A stretch of 59,720 bases of DNA, filler included, from Porpidia crustulata (GCA_964255105.1; 8 parts of 8 records of this genome joined end to end with filler, not necessarily neighbours in it); one strand, 5' to 3'. Counted from the first letter of the whole stretch, positions 37,796 through 52,253 are shown. Notes: generated by a model not told the origin, from the letters alone. Numbers and translations: made by a program.

Positions 37796-39750
37796 TTATA
37801 TATCGATCCCCGGATCCTCGTTCATAAATACTCTATACAACGCCTTACTGATGGCCGGTCCGATCCTCCTTTCCGAAAGCGCGCCGTTCTTATTTGCGGA
37901 TTTCTACCGCACATCCTTCCATTAGCATCTCCCAAACATTACCCCATAAACCAAAACTATACATACCTTGATGTCCTCCAAAGCAGTCGGACCCTCCTTC
38001 CTGAACCCCTCTACCAAACTGGCAACATTAGGGTACTCGTACACAATGCCGTGAGCCACCGCTGCAGTAACTCTCGTGACTTCTTGCAGCATTCTTATGT
38101 AGGTGTCTGGGGCGTCTTTACCTGAGCGGATTTGGCCAGATTCCATGCAGAAGGAGGTGTCGAGGTTCATGCGCTCTTGTCTATTAGTTTGTTAGGTAGT
38201 GCGAGTGGAGCGGTAGCGAATACGGATTACTTGTATGGGATGGTAGAAATATGCTGCGTAAAGTTGGCGACCCATTCTGCAGTCTCGACGGAAGCGGCGG
38301 TGTGGTGAATCAGGTAGTTGTAGATGACCTGTAAGCGGAGGAGGGCATCTTCGATCATGTCTTCGTCGATATACTGGTCTGCTGGTTTCTTTCTTTTCGC
38401 GTTTTGTTTCTCATTCGTTGCAGAGCTGTTGCCTTGATTATCCTGATTCAGTACCGCAGCTTGATACGCTCTATTTCGAATAGTCTTGTTCTTTCTCATC
38501 CAAGCGTTCAAACCCTCGATTAAGTATATAGGAGTACAGTCTTTGTGCTTGCTCTCAAGCTCACGTGCATGCGTTTCCAAGTCTTGACCGTTGGCATCCG
38601 AAACATCCGCTGTCGCCAAGGCGACAAATTCTTTGGCGGACATAAGGCACATGACATGCTTCTCTTCCTGTATCTCAGTTCTCTGTAAGGGATCCCAATA
38701 CCCTTTCTCTTTGTTATAGATGCGATTGGCTTTACGTCTCCACTTGACTACATTTGGGACTTGACTTTGGTACACATTTGTGTCAACGCCGAGGTTCTTG
38801 AGAATTTCTCGGATTTGCGTGGCAACACTTTGGCCATCAATCGATGCTGGTAAGTCAACTATCATCTCACTCGTGGTCGTTGTCTTGTCAAATTTTGATC
38901 GATTAGCTTCGGCCAGATCGGCGGCTACTTGCTTTTCCCATGCTTTCTCTTCCTTTCCAAGCCGCTTCTTTTCCTTCTCATATTCCTTCTCTTTGGCTTT
39001 CCGTAATTTTTCCAATTCTTTGTCTTCTTTCTCCCGTACCTTTGCCCCTTTTTCAACCTCTGTAAGCTTCGGTCTTTTGGATGGCTTACTATTAGCAGTT
39101 TTGTCACGATTGCTGCGGACTGTTTCAGCTTCGACCCGGTCATCCTCGGATTCCGATAACAGTAATTTAGTCCTTGAATCTACCTTATCGCCAGCTTTCT
39201 TACCGCCATTCGCGGCCTTCTTCTGCGCAGGACCCTTTAGACTTGCTAGCAATGCTGCGGTTCGATCTGACACTGGCGAGACTGATGCGGGCTTATTTAT
39301 AGCTACATGACGTGGATCATTGGGAAATTCATCATCTGATTCGTGATTTGGCTTTGAGATTGGTTGAATAGGTTTCGTTGAAGAACCAGCGATCTTGTTC
39401 CCAGGTGGTGATGATGTGAGGATGATCGGGTCAGAGAAGTCGACCCATTGATTCTTCCGATGGACGGCGGTTCTTACTCGAAATGGGACTTCTGGAGGCG
39501 AAGCATCACCACTGCTAGGATATTGCTGCCGGATAGCTGGTGGCGGGGTTAGCCTTTGCCTTTTAGCTGACTTATCCTCCCACGCCCCGAGGTTGACATC
39601 GTTATCATGATCATCTGACCAAGAAGGAAACTCGGTATCGATAAATTTAGCTTGTGCTCTTGTCGTATCAGAACTTTCACCAGGACCTAAATTTCTAGCA
39701 AGGGCTTCATCATCGGTACTCAGGAGATCAATAACTTCATGGCTAGACAT
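37796..39750 (-). CDS. EME1: Crossover-junction endonuclease subunit Eme1/Mms4 (ERCC4 domain)
   Basis: SEMIVDLP, NVVKWRRK, IYLIEGL, IEDALLRLQV..HHT, FTQHISTIPYK, FCMESGQIRSG, RRIGPAISK; two introns near 38182-38229 and 37905-37966. Confidence 0.9.
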
Positions 39751-40051
39751 AACATCAATTCTTCGGGAAGTCTCGAAACCAGATCAAGAATTTCGAGATA
39801 GAGGAGCCTGAACAAACATATTCCTAGCTGGCTCCTTTACAATGTTAGTTTGCCCTCTAAGCCCTGTAATGGCATGCCAAAATGTGTGAGTGAACCGCAA
39901 AGCAAAGCAGAATCAAACAGAAAATATCAAGCAAACCGATTAAAGCGAGAGTATCTGATCGTCTTTGATTAAACACTACCGAAGTTGCAGATATATATAG
40001 ATATGCCAAACTGTCAATACTCTTATGGTGGTAGCGAGAGAAGTAGATTGA

Positions 40052-40085
40052 GACGCGCGACAGACGCGTCTTTCGTTGGCGCGTC
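40052..40085. promoter_or_regulatory. MCB-like element cluster upstream of EME1
   Basis: ACGCGCG, ACGCGT (40064-40069) and GCGCGT within 35 bp. Confidence 0.55.
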
Positions 40086-40539
40086 AACACGTGCGGCTTT
40101 CAAGCATTTCGCTCCGTGTCCTTGAGATTTTCAATTTTATATCGAAACCAAGCACACGTTTGCGCCATTTTGATACAGAATTTCTATCATTATTGTAGGC
40201 TGTCCATATATTCTCTGCTAGTTGGATACCCTGGTACTAGATCAAGTGATTCTAAAATCTCTCCTTGTGCATTCGCATATACACACTTTGCATATCCAAT
40301 AAATTTATGAATTTGCGATTGTGAAGCTTTATTGAAGAGCGAATTCAAGGAAAGCAAAAAGACCGTTATAAGAAGAGGTCTGAAAATTTGTGGCAAAATC
40401 TACATTCTGGTATGATAGAGCTGTGGCTTTGGCTTCTGTTCTCTGCCTACCTTCCCATAACTACTACGAGTGGGCTATGTAGCATGATATTAAATAGGAG
40501 TCTAACAACACATGTTGGGATTCAATCCATTTCAACTCC

Positions 40540-42231
40540 ATGGGATCCCGAAACTTGTATCAATCTTCCGTCAAAAGATTTAACGTCTTGGCGCGGCAGA
40601 CAGAGCACCTAGCTACTGAGGCGTTCGTTGCACTTAGACTCTGCCAAGAACAATCAACACCCTCTCCCAAAATTTGGGCTCGTGCCTACTGTGTGTCTCG
40701 GTCCTTAAGGAAAGACCTCTCGCAAGTTCCAATCCCTTCAAAGCCAGTACCACTACATCCTACACCCGAGAGATCCTTTTCAAGCCGGTACACTCTAACT
40801 ATACCTGTGACTATCGTTGACTCAGTCAGTTCAATAATAGCGTTACTTGATATCCTTGAAAAGCTCCCTGTCGAGTTACCATTTCTGTACCTGGATCTTG
40901 AGGGCCCGAACCTCTGCCGCCATGGCTCTATCTCCGTCATGCAGATCTATGTTAAATCCATCGACCAACTCTTTATAGTAGATGTTCATCTCCTAGGTAC
41001 CAAGGCATTCTCTACACCCAATCGATCTGGGACCACATTACAATCGATTCTTCAATCCAAATTGTTGCCGAAAGTCGCTTTCGATATCCGCAACGGCGCT
41101 GGTGCCCTATTTGCCCACTTTAACATGTCCATGAGAGGTGTCGAGGATCTCCAGCTTATGGAGGTCGCGACTCGTTCGACCAAGAAGTATCGTATGAGTG
41201 AACTCGCGGCAAGCATAGGGCGCGACGCGCACCTTGCGCCTGACGATATCAAGGCATGGAAAGTCGAGAATGAAAAAGGATTAGCTCTTTTTGAGCCTAA
41301 GTCAGGAGGCTCTTATAAGAATTTTAGTTTTCGACCGATGACGCAGGAAATCATCGATTACTGTGCAAATAAAATTGCATACCTGCCTCTCCTACGGCAA
41401 ATATACTCCCAAAAACTCGGCAAGAAATGGAGACTGGCGGTGAAGGAAGAGACACATAAACGATTGCTCATGTCGCAGGATGTCTTACATGATCCCCATG
41501 GAGGGAAGGAATTGTTGAGTCCGTGGGCTCAATACGCAAAACGTGTAAAGAGAAAAACTCCTGGGAAGAAAGCAGATCTCGGAGCGAAAGATATAGGAAA
41601 TAAGCTACACAGCGCTCAAACGATGTCTGTGACAGTAGCAACATAGACGAAGGCGAATCAGCAGCCCGAAGCCAAAGCCGCCTCTCGATGGTCAATAAGG
41701 AAGACAGACAGTCAGCAGCCGGAAGCAGTTGCAGCTCATCGATGGATGATAAGGAGGAGAGATACCCAGCAAACAGAACTCAAAGCATCATTTAGATGGA
41801 CAATAGGGAGGACAGATAATTTGGAATCAGTGAAGAAAGTCAGTATCAAAGCAGCGTACAACGTTTCTAATGCCCGAGATAAAGTGGAACACCAGCCACC
41901 AACTCGTACTAATCTCCCAGCTAGGACCAACCCAATGCAAGATCCAAAAAGCATCAATAGGACCGGATGATATACTCCAATCCTGAAACCTCCTCACTGT
42001 AAACCTACCTAGTCTATGTTAAAGATATGCGAAAAATCGCAGCTGCAAGAGTATCCTGTCGGGAAAGCGCACATCGCACGCGTTGAAGAAGCCCAGTATG
42101 CCGAAATCGAAGCTCTGCTTCGAAACCATCACAATCGCGAAAATTACTCTCCGAACAAGCGGTTTGATTGCAAGAGGCCCCCTTTCCACTCTGAACAGAA
42201 GACAAGGGCCCTGCTCAGTGCCAAATCTTGA
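40540..42231 (+). pseudogene. DnaQ-like 3'-5' exonuclease (EXD1/Egalitarian-like), degenerate; main ORF 40540-41646
   Basis: ExoI LYLDLEG present; ExoII reads FDIRNGAGAL and ExoIII reads YCANKI (acidic residues absent); same frame continues past stops at 41644, 41968 and 42010. Confidence 0.7.
41656..41817 (+). repeat. Three diverged 54-bp tandem repeats
   Basis: Encode NQQPEAKAASRWSIRKTD / SQQPEAVAAHRWMIRRRD / TQQTELKASFRWTIGRTD. Confidence 0.85.
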
Positions 42232-43290
42232 AAGCAGCGCGCCTGGTGTAAGGGAGATGCACCCGCACGCTTCAGCGTAGAAACATAATAGTCGCAGATC
42301 CCTCTATCATACGTTCATAGCACAAGCACAAAGCTCCGACTGCAAGCATTACAGTGAGAAAGAACATCAATCCAAGGCTCACAATAAAATGATTCCAGAA
42401 GTCCTTCTTCTCGCACATGCTGCACCTCTTGGCGATACATGGAAATTCCTCGTTGGCCGGCCTCAACGCGAAGTTTCCAATTGACCAACGAGCGTTGCGG
42501 CTGACGATGTTCGTCGATAGAAACGAGGCTTGAAACAGCAGCGGGAGATGGCGCGGTCAAAGTACAGCGAAATGTCCGTACTGGAAAGGCTCAGAAGGTA
42601 GCTTTTCAATTTGGATCATCATCTTGATTTATAGTGAGGAAGAATATCTGAAAATGAAAAGCTCACTTATGAGTTCAATGAAAAGTACGTCTCCTGTAGA
42701 AAGTCTCACACTCCTACACTACCTATACACAAGATCCCAAAAATAGAAACGTTCAAAGCATCCACGTCAGCTCTACGAAGCACATACTCACTCCTACTAC
42801 TAGAAGTCGAGGCGACGACCTTGTTTCGGCAATTTGGCACGTCCACTTCTTTAGGTCCCTAAAGAAGAAGCAAAAAACCAGATGAAGGCGCGAGGAAAGA
42901 AGTAAGACTTATGTTTAGGGTTGGGGGATGGCCCGTCCTGGATAAAGATGAAATTTATCATTGATCTCTACTTCGCCCAGGGTTATGATTGATCGTTTCC
43001 CATGCGTCACTCTTGTTCGCTTTCTACCGGACATATCAGTCATATGCTGGACTTCTACTGGAATTCTCTCGTCACGGTGGAGATGTTATACCATCTCGTT
43101 AATGGAGTCCGCGCTGAGAGAATTTTGAGATTTGCATCAGGGTTTGGCATTTTATCTATCGAGACTGCATACTCGGTCACTCATAGATTCGTCTTCTTAG
43201 CTTCACCCCGGATTGCTGGACATGTATACATCTCTTACATTCGTTCTGATAACCTGACATTTCACTTAGGACTATTCTCATTGATATGCA

Positions 43291-43914
43291 CTATCTTGCT
43301 GTATTCTGACTGCCTCCCGCAACGTTTGCTGCAATTGTACCATTGAACACTACCGCGCGGCCAACTGGGCCGTCCTTGCCAATTGATATTGTTATCGCCA
43401 GCGTACAAGATTCAGAGGCGGCAGTAAGCTCCCAGATGCCTCGAAGTATGGCTGCTGATTGGCTGTATGATATGCTCACTCTATGATCTTGAATGGGTGT
43501 GATCTCAATGGCCGCACGGTGTCTGAACTCGACGCCATCCGCAGGTATAGCGCTGTCACCTCGTTCTTCGGCGACCCAATCCACAAGAGCGTTCAGCCCC
43601 CTGATAATGATGTATGACAGGTCGCGGGCGACGAGTGGAGAACGGTCACCAGGCTGGATAAACAAGGTTATCTGCGGGTCGGTGTGAGGAATCTTGAAGA
43701 TTGCTGGAAGAGCAGACAGCCTAAGCCAGTAAATATCGGCTGGATTAGTCTATCAATCCGAGGCTATAAGAAACGGGGATACCCACGAAGAAGCTGCTGA
43801 GGTCGATGGTAGTATCATCGAGTCGCTATCGTTCACAGGAAAGCTTGCAATCCTAGGCCCTGTGTTCAGTGCCGATATAGCTACCGCACTGAATAAGAGT
43901 AAACGTAGTAACAT
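43291..43914 (-). CDS. Small secreted hypothetical protein
   Basis: Signal peptide MLLRLLLFSAVAISA; intron about 43721-43782; mature domain FKIPHT...GDSAIP...SISYSQSAAILRGIWEL...VGRAVV. Confidence 0.7.
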
Positions 43915-44783
43915 GGTAGCCCAGAAAAAGATACTGGAGCTTTGATTTGGTAATTTCGGGAGCTGAGAAAAAGAGAAAATTATAATCGAAATAACGAAGA
44001 GGACTTTGCGGAAGCTCGCATTCAGAAGAATCGCATTTATTCCGACCACGACCATTGACGAGCCAATACCTAGAGGGTATCCACCATCATAAGCTTCCTG
44101 GGTATGCGCACAACACTTCTGTACTGGGTAGTGCGCGAATATAAACCATAAGTGCGTGGATATGTGAGATGCAAGCTTTTTGCGAAGACATAATGATGCG
44201 TAAGGGTATTGTGACGGCTCATGGGATAGAAATATCACGTAGAGCGGAAGAGTAAGCGGTGGTAGATATGTACTGCTTTCAAGGTAGTAAATTATAGCAC
44301 ATGAAAATGTATTGAAGCAATGTCCCAGAAGAGCTTAAGAATTTTCCAGCGTGCCAGGTCGTAAGTGAAGAGTAACAAAAATATCCAACTCAGTCATGTC
44401 CAAATCTGCCTAGCATACGGCTCTCGAAGACGCATAGACCGAAACAGTATAAACTGTCGACGATAACAGACGTGCATGACCGTAATAAAAGGCAAAAGCA
44501 TTGAGCAGAGTGGGGATCGACTGTTCCACAGGTTAACCTATGAACCCACAATAAATTTATCTTGAAGAACTCACACCCACGCTCTTTCGAACTACGGATC
44601 GTTTACAGTTGCGTGAACAGCCGAAACCTAAACGTAGCGCCATAACCACTCGGCCATCTGCCCTATCTCTTGGTGCGAGAGCACTTACATTTATATAAAC
44701 TTAGATTCCATCACTTTAACAGATACTATGTCATTGATGAACAACGCGCCTCAAACCCACGACTCCCGCAAACTCCCTCCCCC

Positions 44784-44883
44784 NNNNNNNNNNNNNNNNN
44801 NNNNNNNNNNNNNNNNNNNNNNNNNNNTTAATTAATTAANNNNNNNNNNNNNNNNNNNNNNNNNNNNNNNNNNNNNNNNNNNN
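44784..44883. other. Artificial contig linker
   Basis: 44N-TTAATTAATTAA-44N. Confidence 0.99.
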
Positions 44884-46261
44884 CAACTCCCCAGTCTTTT
44901 GCTGCTCCCTGTCCTTCCACGCCTGCATATCACTTCCTCCCCTCTTCTGTCCACTTCACACCTTCTCGTGTCCATCTTCCCTTTCCGGCGCGTGCTGTCC
45001 CGTTGGTCTGCGCTGCGCCATCTCCCAGTGCTTAGAGTTCGAATATAAGACTCTCGCTATTTTCTCCAGTTCTTCCAGCGCCGCAAATTCGGACGAGCCA
45101 TTTTTGTACACTCTTCCTGCTACCACAATACCCGCACACTCGGTCATGCCCATCGGAAGGCCATTATCTGAAGCCACCAACCCGACATGCGTTCCACCAA
45201 ATCCAGATTGTCGGCCCGGAAAACCTGGATCTCACGTCGCGGACATACCGATCAGCGATCGTGTGCTAGGCACGCCGACAGCATGGAGGGCGAAAATTGG
45301 AGAGGTGGCCGTGGAGAGCAAAGCGGGAAAGGACCATTGCCACAATTGGTGGGGTTATTGGATGAAGAGAGGAAGAGTGGACGATGAAAAAACAGGATGT
45401 TGGAGGAAGGTAGTGGGGGTCGGGGGGGGGATGCTTGGCGTTGCAGGAGTAATGGTCGGATTGTAGAACCTGGACAACGATGCATGGTTGTGGGATTAGA
45501 GTAGGCGGTAGCAGTGGAACGATGGAAGCGACTTGATGTACGCAGTACTGCTAATGGTATCGCAGTTGACCGATTGGAGCCGCGAGATTTTCAACTAGAG
45601 TAGGTGTTGGTGTAGACGCTGGATTCTTCTCCAAAGAAATGGGAGAGCACAAGTATGGTGGCCTATTCAAGTATTATGGAACGCAACGCCCTCCATTAGG
45701 CGGCGTAGATAGAAAAATGAAGAAGTAAATCAAGGTGCAACAGAGAGTTCATATTCGGGATGATCGCCAAGCGTAACCCATATTTAGGAATCCTTGGTAA
45801 GACGAGAGATAGATACCACTGGAGTTCTTGCACGAGGTAGTATTGAAATTTTGTCCATAGTTAGAAGTTCTGCTATAAAATGACAGGTAAGATAGCCAGT
45901 TGGGTTGATCACTGGGGTGTACTTTGCGAATTCAATGCATCCGGTCCAGGACTTATTTTGTACTTCTATGTTACTCACAATAACTATGACTGATATAAAT
46001 GTCGAGATCGCCCTCTCTCTCGTCAAGCTAAAAATTACAGTATGATTGTTTGATTTGGCAGAAGCCAGTAAATAAAGTAATTAAAGTAGCCGTGGATCCC
46101 CCAAAACATGTGTCAAAGCTCAATAGCGAAATTTGCTTCTATAAGCTAGATGCCGAGTTGGGCAGCTCCCTAAGCAACGCGATAAAGTACAAGCACGAGA
46201 AAGATCGGTCACGACAACAGCGCTTACTCATTCAAATTTTTCCACCTGATCAGTAGTACGC

Positions 46262-48197
46262 TCAATGATCCGCTTGAAGCTCATCGATATCCATACTTTC
46301 TCCCTCGACGATACTGAGTTGTCGTGAATGAGCTCTAGTTTCACGGCTGAAGAGAATGCTTGTGGGTCTGGAGCTTGATGGTGGTCGGATACCAACCAGG
46401 GACTGACTACGAGAGCCCAAACCACCGAATAAAGGTTTCCCTGTATCATTTGTGTCGGACATGCTCATGCCCTTTACATTCCTCGTCTCTGGATTTGGCC
46501 GAGCGGCCATAATGCTAGATTGCCTTTTCGACAATAGTCGATAATCCTCGGTGTCAAATTGTTTGGCATCCAAGACTAGTGAACCTTCCATTGACGCGTC
46601 CGAGACCCTCTTGGCTTTTTTGTTCGAAGGACTCATCCGAGCACGAAGATTGTCCTTGGCTTTTTTTCTCTTCACGCTTAAGCTGCGGTCGTAATCAGTT
46701 GTTGCTTGGCTACCGTCATCTGGTGTCATAGGCTCGTCATCCTCAGTCTGGTAATCTTCAAAACTGAAGTCTAAAACGGACGGACTACGCACAAGGACCC
46801 CTGTCAGCCTCTTCTTGCCGTCAGCATCAGGCCGCGGCTCAAGCCGTATACGGGGTGTAGAGTATCCGATGGGACTACTGGAAAAGTCCATCACATCCGC
46901 ATGTTGAGCTAAACCCGATATCTTATCCGAGAACCTCGATGGGCCATCGGCGGCGGACAACAAAGGTTCAAAATTATACGTCGATGTTGTATGGGGAGGA
47001 TTACGGAATGGAAAGCCCTCGTGCTTACTGGTGCGCTTATTCTTGTGCCGGCTGAAGTCAATGTCAAGGCCAACGTCAAGGTCAACTGGGGTTTCTGGTC
47101 GATCGCCGTCCGAGAATGGATCTTCCATCAAATCCGACTGTCTTTTGGATGCCGTCATGCTCTCATATACCGGTAGTGGTTTTCTCGGGATATTTCCCTG
47201 GCCCATCAGATCCTGAATTTTTGGATTGCCAAGATTTTCGCCTTCAGCAATACGTCGTTCCAGTCTCCCACGGCTAAGAGGCGGCAGGAAACCCATCTCG
47301 GGATGAGGAAGGTCAAGATTTGAGTCTAAGAACGTGTTTCCTTTCTGGTCGGATATGACTAGCTTCTCGCTGCTATTGCTGAGACGTCCTGTGATAGCTC
47401 TAGTTGCTTTCGCAAATGCCGTCTTACTTCTTTGGAGAGGTGAAGGCTTAAAAGCTGTGCTTACGTTGCCCTTGACGGTCACTTTGCGTCTTAAACGCTT
47501 CTTGGAGTCCTTGGAGGCACTTTCTTGCATGAGATCGGTGAGTTTCTTGCTCAATTCTGCCGCATCTGCAGTAGTGGTTTGTGGGACATCAGCTTGATTT
47601 GGATCTTGGGTACTTTGATTTATGCTTGTCGCTGTTCGGACCATGTCAATCTGTGGTACGTGAGATACTACAGGAGCTGAGATTTCTCGTTTCGGTCCCT
47701 GGCGCTCTCCCTTCCTTAGTACCTTGGCATTGGTTGTTTTCGACGCGAGAGCGGTCTTAGCCTGTTTCTGGGGCATTGAATCACCCATGGCCTCTTGAGC
47801 AGGAATCGGCGGTAATGGTTTGTCTACGATATCGGTTCCACTCTTGCCGGAGGGGGATCGAGGAGAGATCGCGTCCAGAGTGCTGTCTTGAGTGGAAGCT
47901 CGCATTAGCTGGTGAGAAGTGTCGTCCAGCAGGGCACTTCTGGCAAGCTCGTCCGGGCTGCCACTGTCTAGCCGCATCTGACTCTTTGATTTCTTCATAG
48001 CTGCCTTTGCCTTATCCAGTTGTGCGTAGACTAAATCAGGGCAATCTTATTAGATCCTCAGATCAAAGCGATTTGGAACACTGAGACTCACTAGATCGTT
48101 TTTCACCAAGGCGTGGTTGAGGCTTCTCGCTCCTGTCATCCTGAAAGACTGAGAACGATGAAAGCAAGCTCTTCTTCTTTTTGCCGTACGTTGCCAT
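46262..48197 (-). CDS. Hypothetical basic, largely disordered protein
   Basis: 578-aa ORF plus exon 1 MATYGKKKKSLL; intron 48031-48091 (GTGAGT...TAG) restores frame; ends MDIDELQADH. Confidence 0.75.
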
Positions 48198-49340
48198 TAG
48201 GCCTGCTAATGACAGCGGCGTGATAGAGTTCAAGTATCTGTTTCCCGTGGAGCAAATGACGGTGATGCTTTTCGAGATTACTGAAAAAATGGAAGTATTC
48301 CGAAGGATTGAGCATTGACACACGAGGAAAGAACGACTGAGAAGTGGACCATCAAGGACAACTACAGTTTCAAAGAGAGTATTGAGAAAGGGATTTAACT
48401 GAGGTAAGCATGACGAAGACCAGACAAAAGTGATGTGGGTCCCGTAGCAAATCATGTAAGGCGGTGAATACACAAGATGTCGTATATGTTCAATCTAAGT
48501 TGTTCCGCCAAAATGAAGGTACAAGCCTTGGTTATCTGAACGGCAAGCTCATCGTCACTCCACAACTACTTGTGTTGTGATTATTACCTTGTATCTTGGG
48601 AACAGAACAGCATCCTTCCAGCTACCTATGCCACTTAATCTAGTCTCCGGTGCACTTAGGGGATATCAAATCCTAAGAAGTCGTCGCAGTAGACTCTCCC
48701 AATCTACTGGAAGGTTCGGGTGTGGGCTTATGCAATCACTAAGTACCTTACCTTACCTCCCATATCGTCTGCTGAACCCTCATCGGCGATTGTATCCCAA
48801 GTATCCACATCAAGCCACGGGGACGAGCGGACTTCGACACGGATGAGGAGAAAAGACTTTTATAGATGCGGTAGGCCGATGTCGATGAAGGTGCTCTGGC
48901 ACCTAAATAGTCTAATATGTTGGAAGACATATCAACGATTTGACCACTTTAATCTGTCATACTACATGAGGGTATTAAATACTCGGAATTGAGTTCTCGT
49001 GGTCCTGACAACTTTATGTCCTGCGTAGCGCGGTAGCGGGTGTTGCCGATTCAAGCGTCCTGGCCAATCATGGCTCTGACTTTCATTGGTCATCCATCAG
49101 GGCTGTGCCAGGTAACGAGATCCTAGCGCTGATGTACTCTGTTACCCGGCAGTGTTAAGGCAACTAGGGCGTGTGCCTCGGTCACTCAGCTTGGGTGCGT
49201 GCTCTGTGCTAGTCAACAAATTGACCGCCACAGCTGTCTCGGAACCCTCAGATTTATCTAACCTTAAGGTTCACCTTTTCTTTAAGCGGACATTCCGTAT
49301 TTCCAGGACTTGGCGCGGTATCACAGATATCACGCCGGAT

Positions 49341-50533
<1,193 letters not shown>

Positions 50534-51679
50534 GGGATTGAAAAGCATAGCGAAGGGAGAAATATCTGCGAACTTCAGAACTCGGCTATCAAAGGGATTA
50601 GATGGCTTTTGCGTAGATTCTTGTATTTAAATCTAAGCGCTGGACAGGCGCACGCAGACATGAGTATAATGAAAAGCGGTTGAACGTAATTCATTTAGAT
50701 TGTTTGTAACATGGCGACTGAGCGTACAAATGCAAGGTCCTCCCGTGTCTCGTCCCCAAGCTGTGATCGTCAGAAATTCCTCACACTATGCCAATGCATT
50801 ATTGTTATCCCCCTCCACTGAGTGGCCGCTACAAATTTTCACCTACCGTCATCGTTGATCCCTTAATCAACTCTGTCTGTCCCAATTCATTCTCTATCAG
50901 AACAAGCAATCGATATGGCAGACATTGTCTCGCAATTGTTCAAGGCTGGATAGAGTTCTAGTGGGATTGCTGGGATATGACCTTGAGATGACAGGCGTTT
51001 ACGGTGGATGCTGTTATGGGTAGCTGATCGGCATGGTTAGTTGTTAGGGGAAGGCAAGATGAAAAGTACTTATACGGCTTATCTATCTTAGGCACGGGCA
51101 TTTGCCACCTCGAGTACGGATACCCACCTACCGTAGCCTTACGAGTACCGCGAATGTTTATATCCGTACGCAACTCGTCGTCCCTACGAAGACATTCTAG
51201 TCTTAGACAGCGACTGAGGTGTCTGGCTAACCTCAGCCAGTCTGAGTCAGGGACATGATGAGGCTTACGAATGGAATGCCATCAATGCTCTAGTTAGGTA
51301 TGAAGGATGTTAGCATTTGCCAGGTTGGTTTTTCCACAAATCTAAACGACTTGAGCACATCAAAGTGGGAAGGTCGGGAGGGTCTGCTCTCCGAAAAAAC
51401 TCCAAAGAAACCAATGAAATTCAAATAGCACCCACTCACATTGCTCCGAAGTTTTCCTGCAGCCGGGTGGTTGTCAACGTCATGTATCGTTGACGTACAT
51501 TCGAATGATCGAATTATGTCATCTCATTCAGCGTTGACGACCCAGATAGAAAGCTTTATGTTGCTTCTGAATAAACAAAGCCTCCCTTGTCTCGTGCACG
51601 ACAGACTCTCAATTGATACATTTCTCTTCAACCATTCACGCCCAATAAAGTCCTTAGAAAATCGACTCTCGGAGCAATC

Positions 51680-52253
51680 ATGGACTCAGCAAAGGAATCT
51701 GCAAAGAATGCCACAAAGTTAGCTACGGGCGAAAGCTCACAATTCAAACCTGGTAGAGCTTTTTACAATGTTTCAAACGAGCAGTAGCTGATCCCTCTCA
51801 CAAGGCCACCAAATTCCCATACAGCATCAAGAGCAGCCAGGTCGACAATCAGATATGAAAGGCCCCGATCCTGCAAACGTTGAACTCCCCACAGAGGACG
51901 GCGGGTACCAAACCTACAAAGCCGCTGGGAAGCTGGAAAGCAAGAAAGCCATCATCACCGGTGGCGACTCTGGAATTGGCCGTGCCATTGCCATATTATT
52001 CGCCATGGAGGGAGCAGACAGCCTGATCGCCTACCTACCCGATGAGGAGAAGGACGCTCAGGAAACCAGGAAAGAGGTCGAAAAGCGCGGACGAAAATGC
52101 TACCTCCTGGCCGCCGATCTCCGCGATCAAGAAAATTGCAAAAAAGTCATCGACACCGCCGTCTCAGAGATGGGCACTATCAACATCCTCGTCAACAACG
52201 CCGCCTACCAAAACATGACCAACGGCATCGACGAGCTATCCGAGTATGCTACC
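51680..52253 (+). CDS. Short-chain dehydrogenase/reductase (glucose/ribitol dehydrogenase, general-stress type), 5' part
   Basis: YKAAGKLESKKAIITGGDSGIGRAIA and ILVNNAAYQ; intron about 51752-51804; truncated by contig end. Confidence 0.9.

Noticed and set aside
16477..42012. Stop-codon reassignment explaining the in-frame stops
   Set aside because: All three stop types occur together with frameshifts, and intact genes terminate with TAA (HEM2), TAG (MFS, APL2) and TGA (ILV2).
44884..45485. Possible gene on the GC-rich contig start
   Set aside because: No recognisable protein or consistent exon structure in any frame.
49060..49092. CBC:HapX iron-regulation motif upstream of HEM2
   Set aside because: Two inverted CCAAT boxes are present, but neither has the RWT sub-motif at the expected 12-nt spacing.
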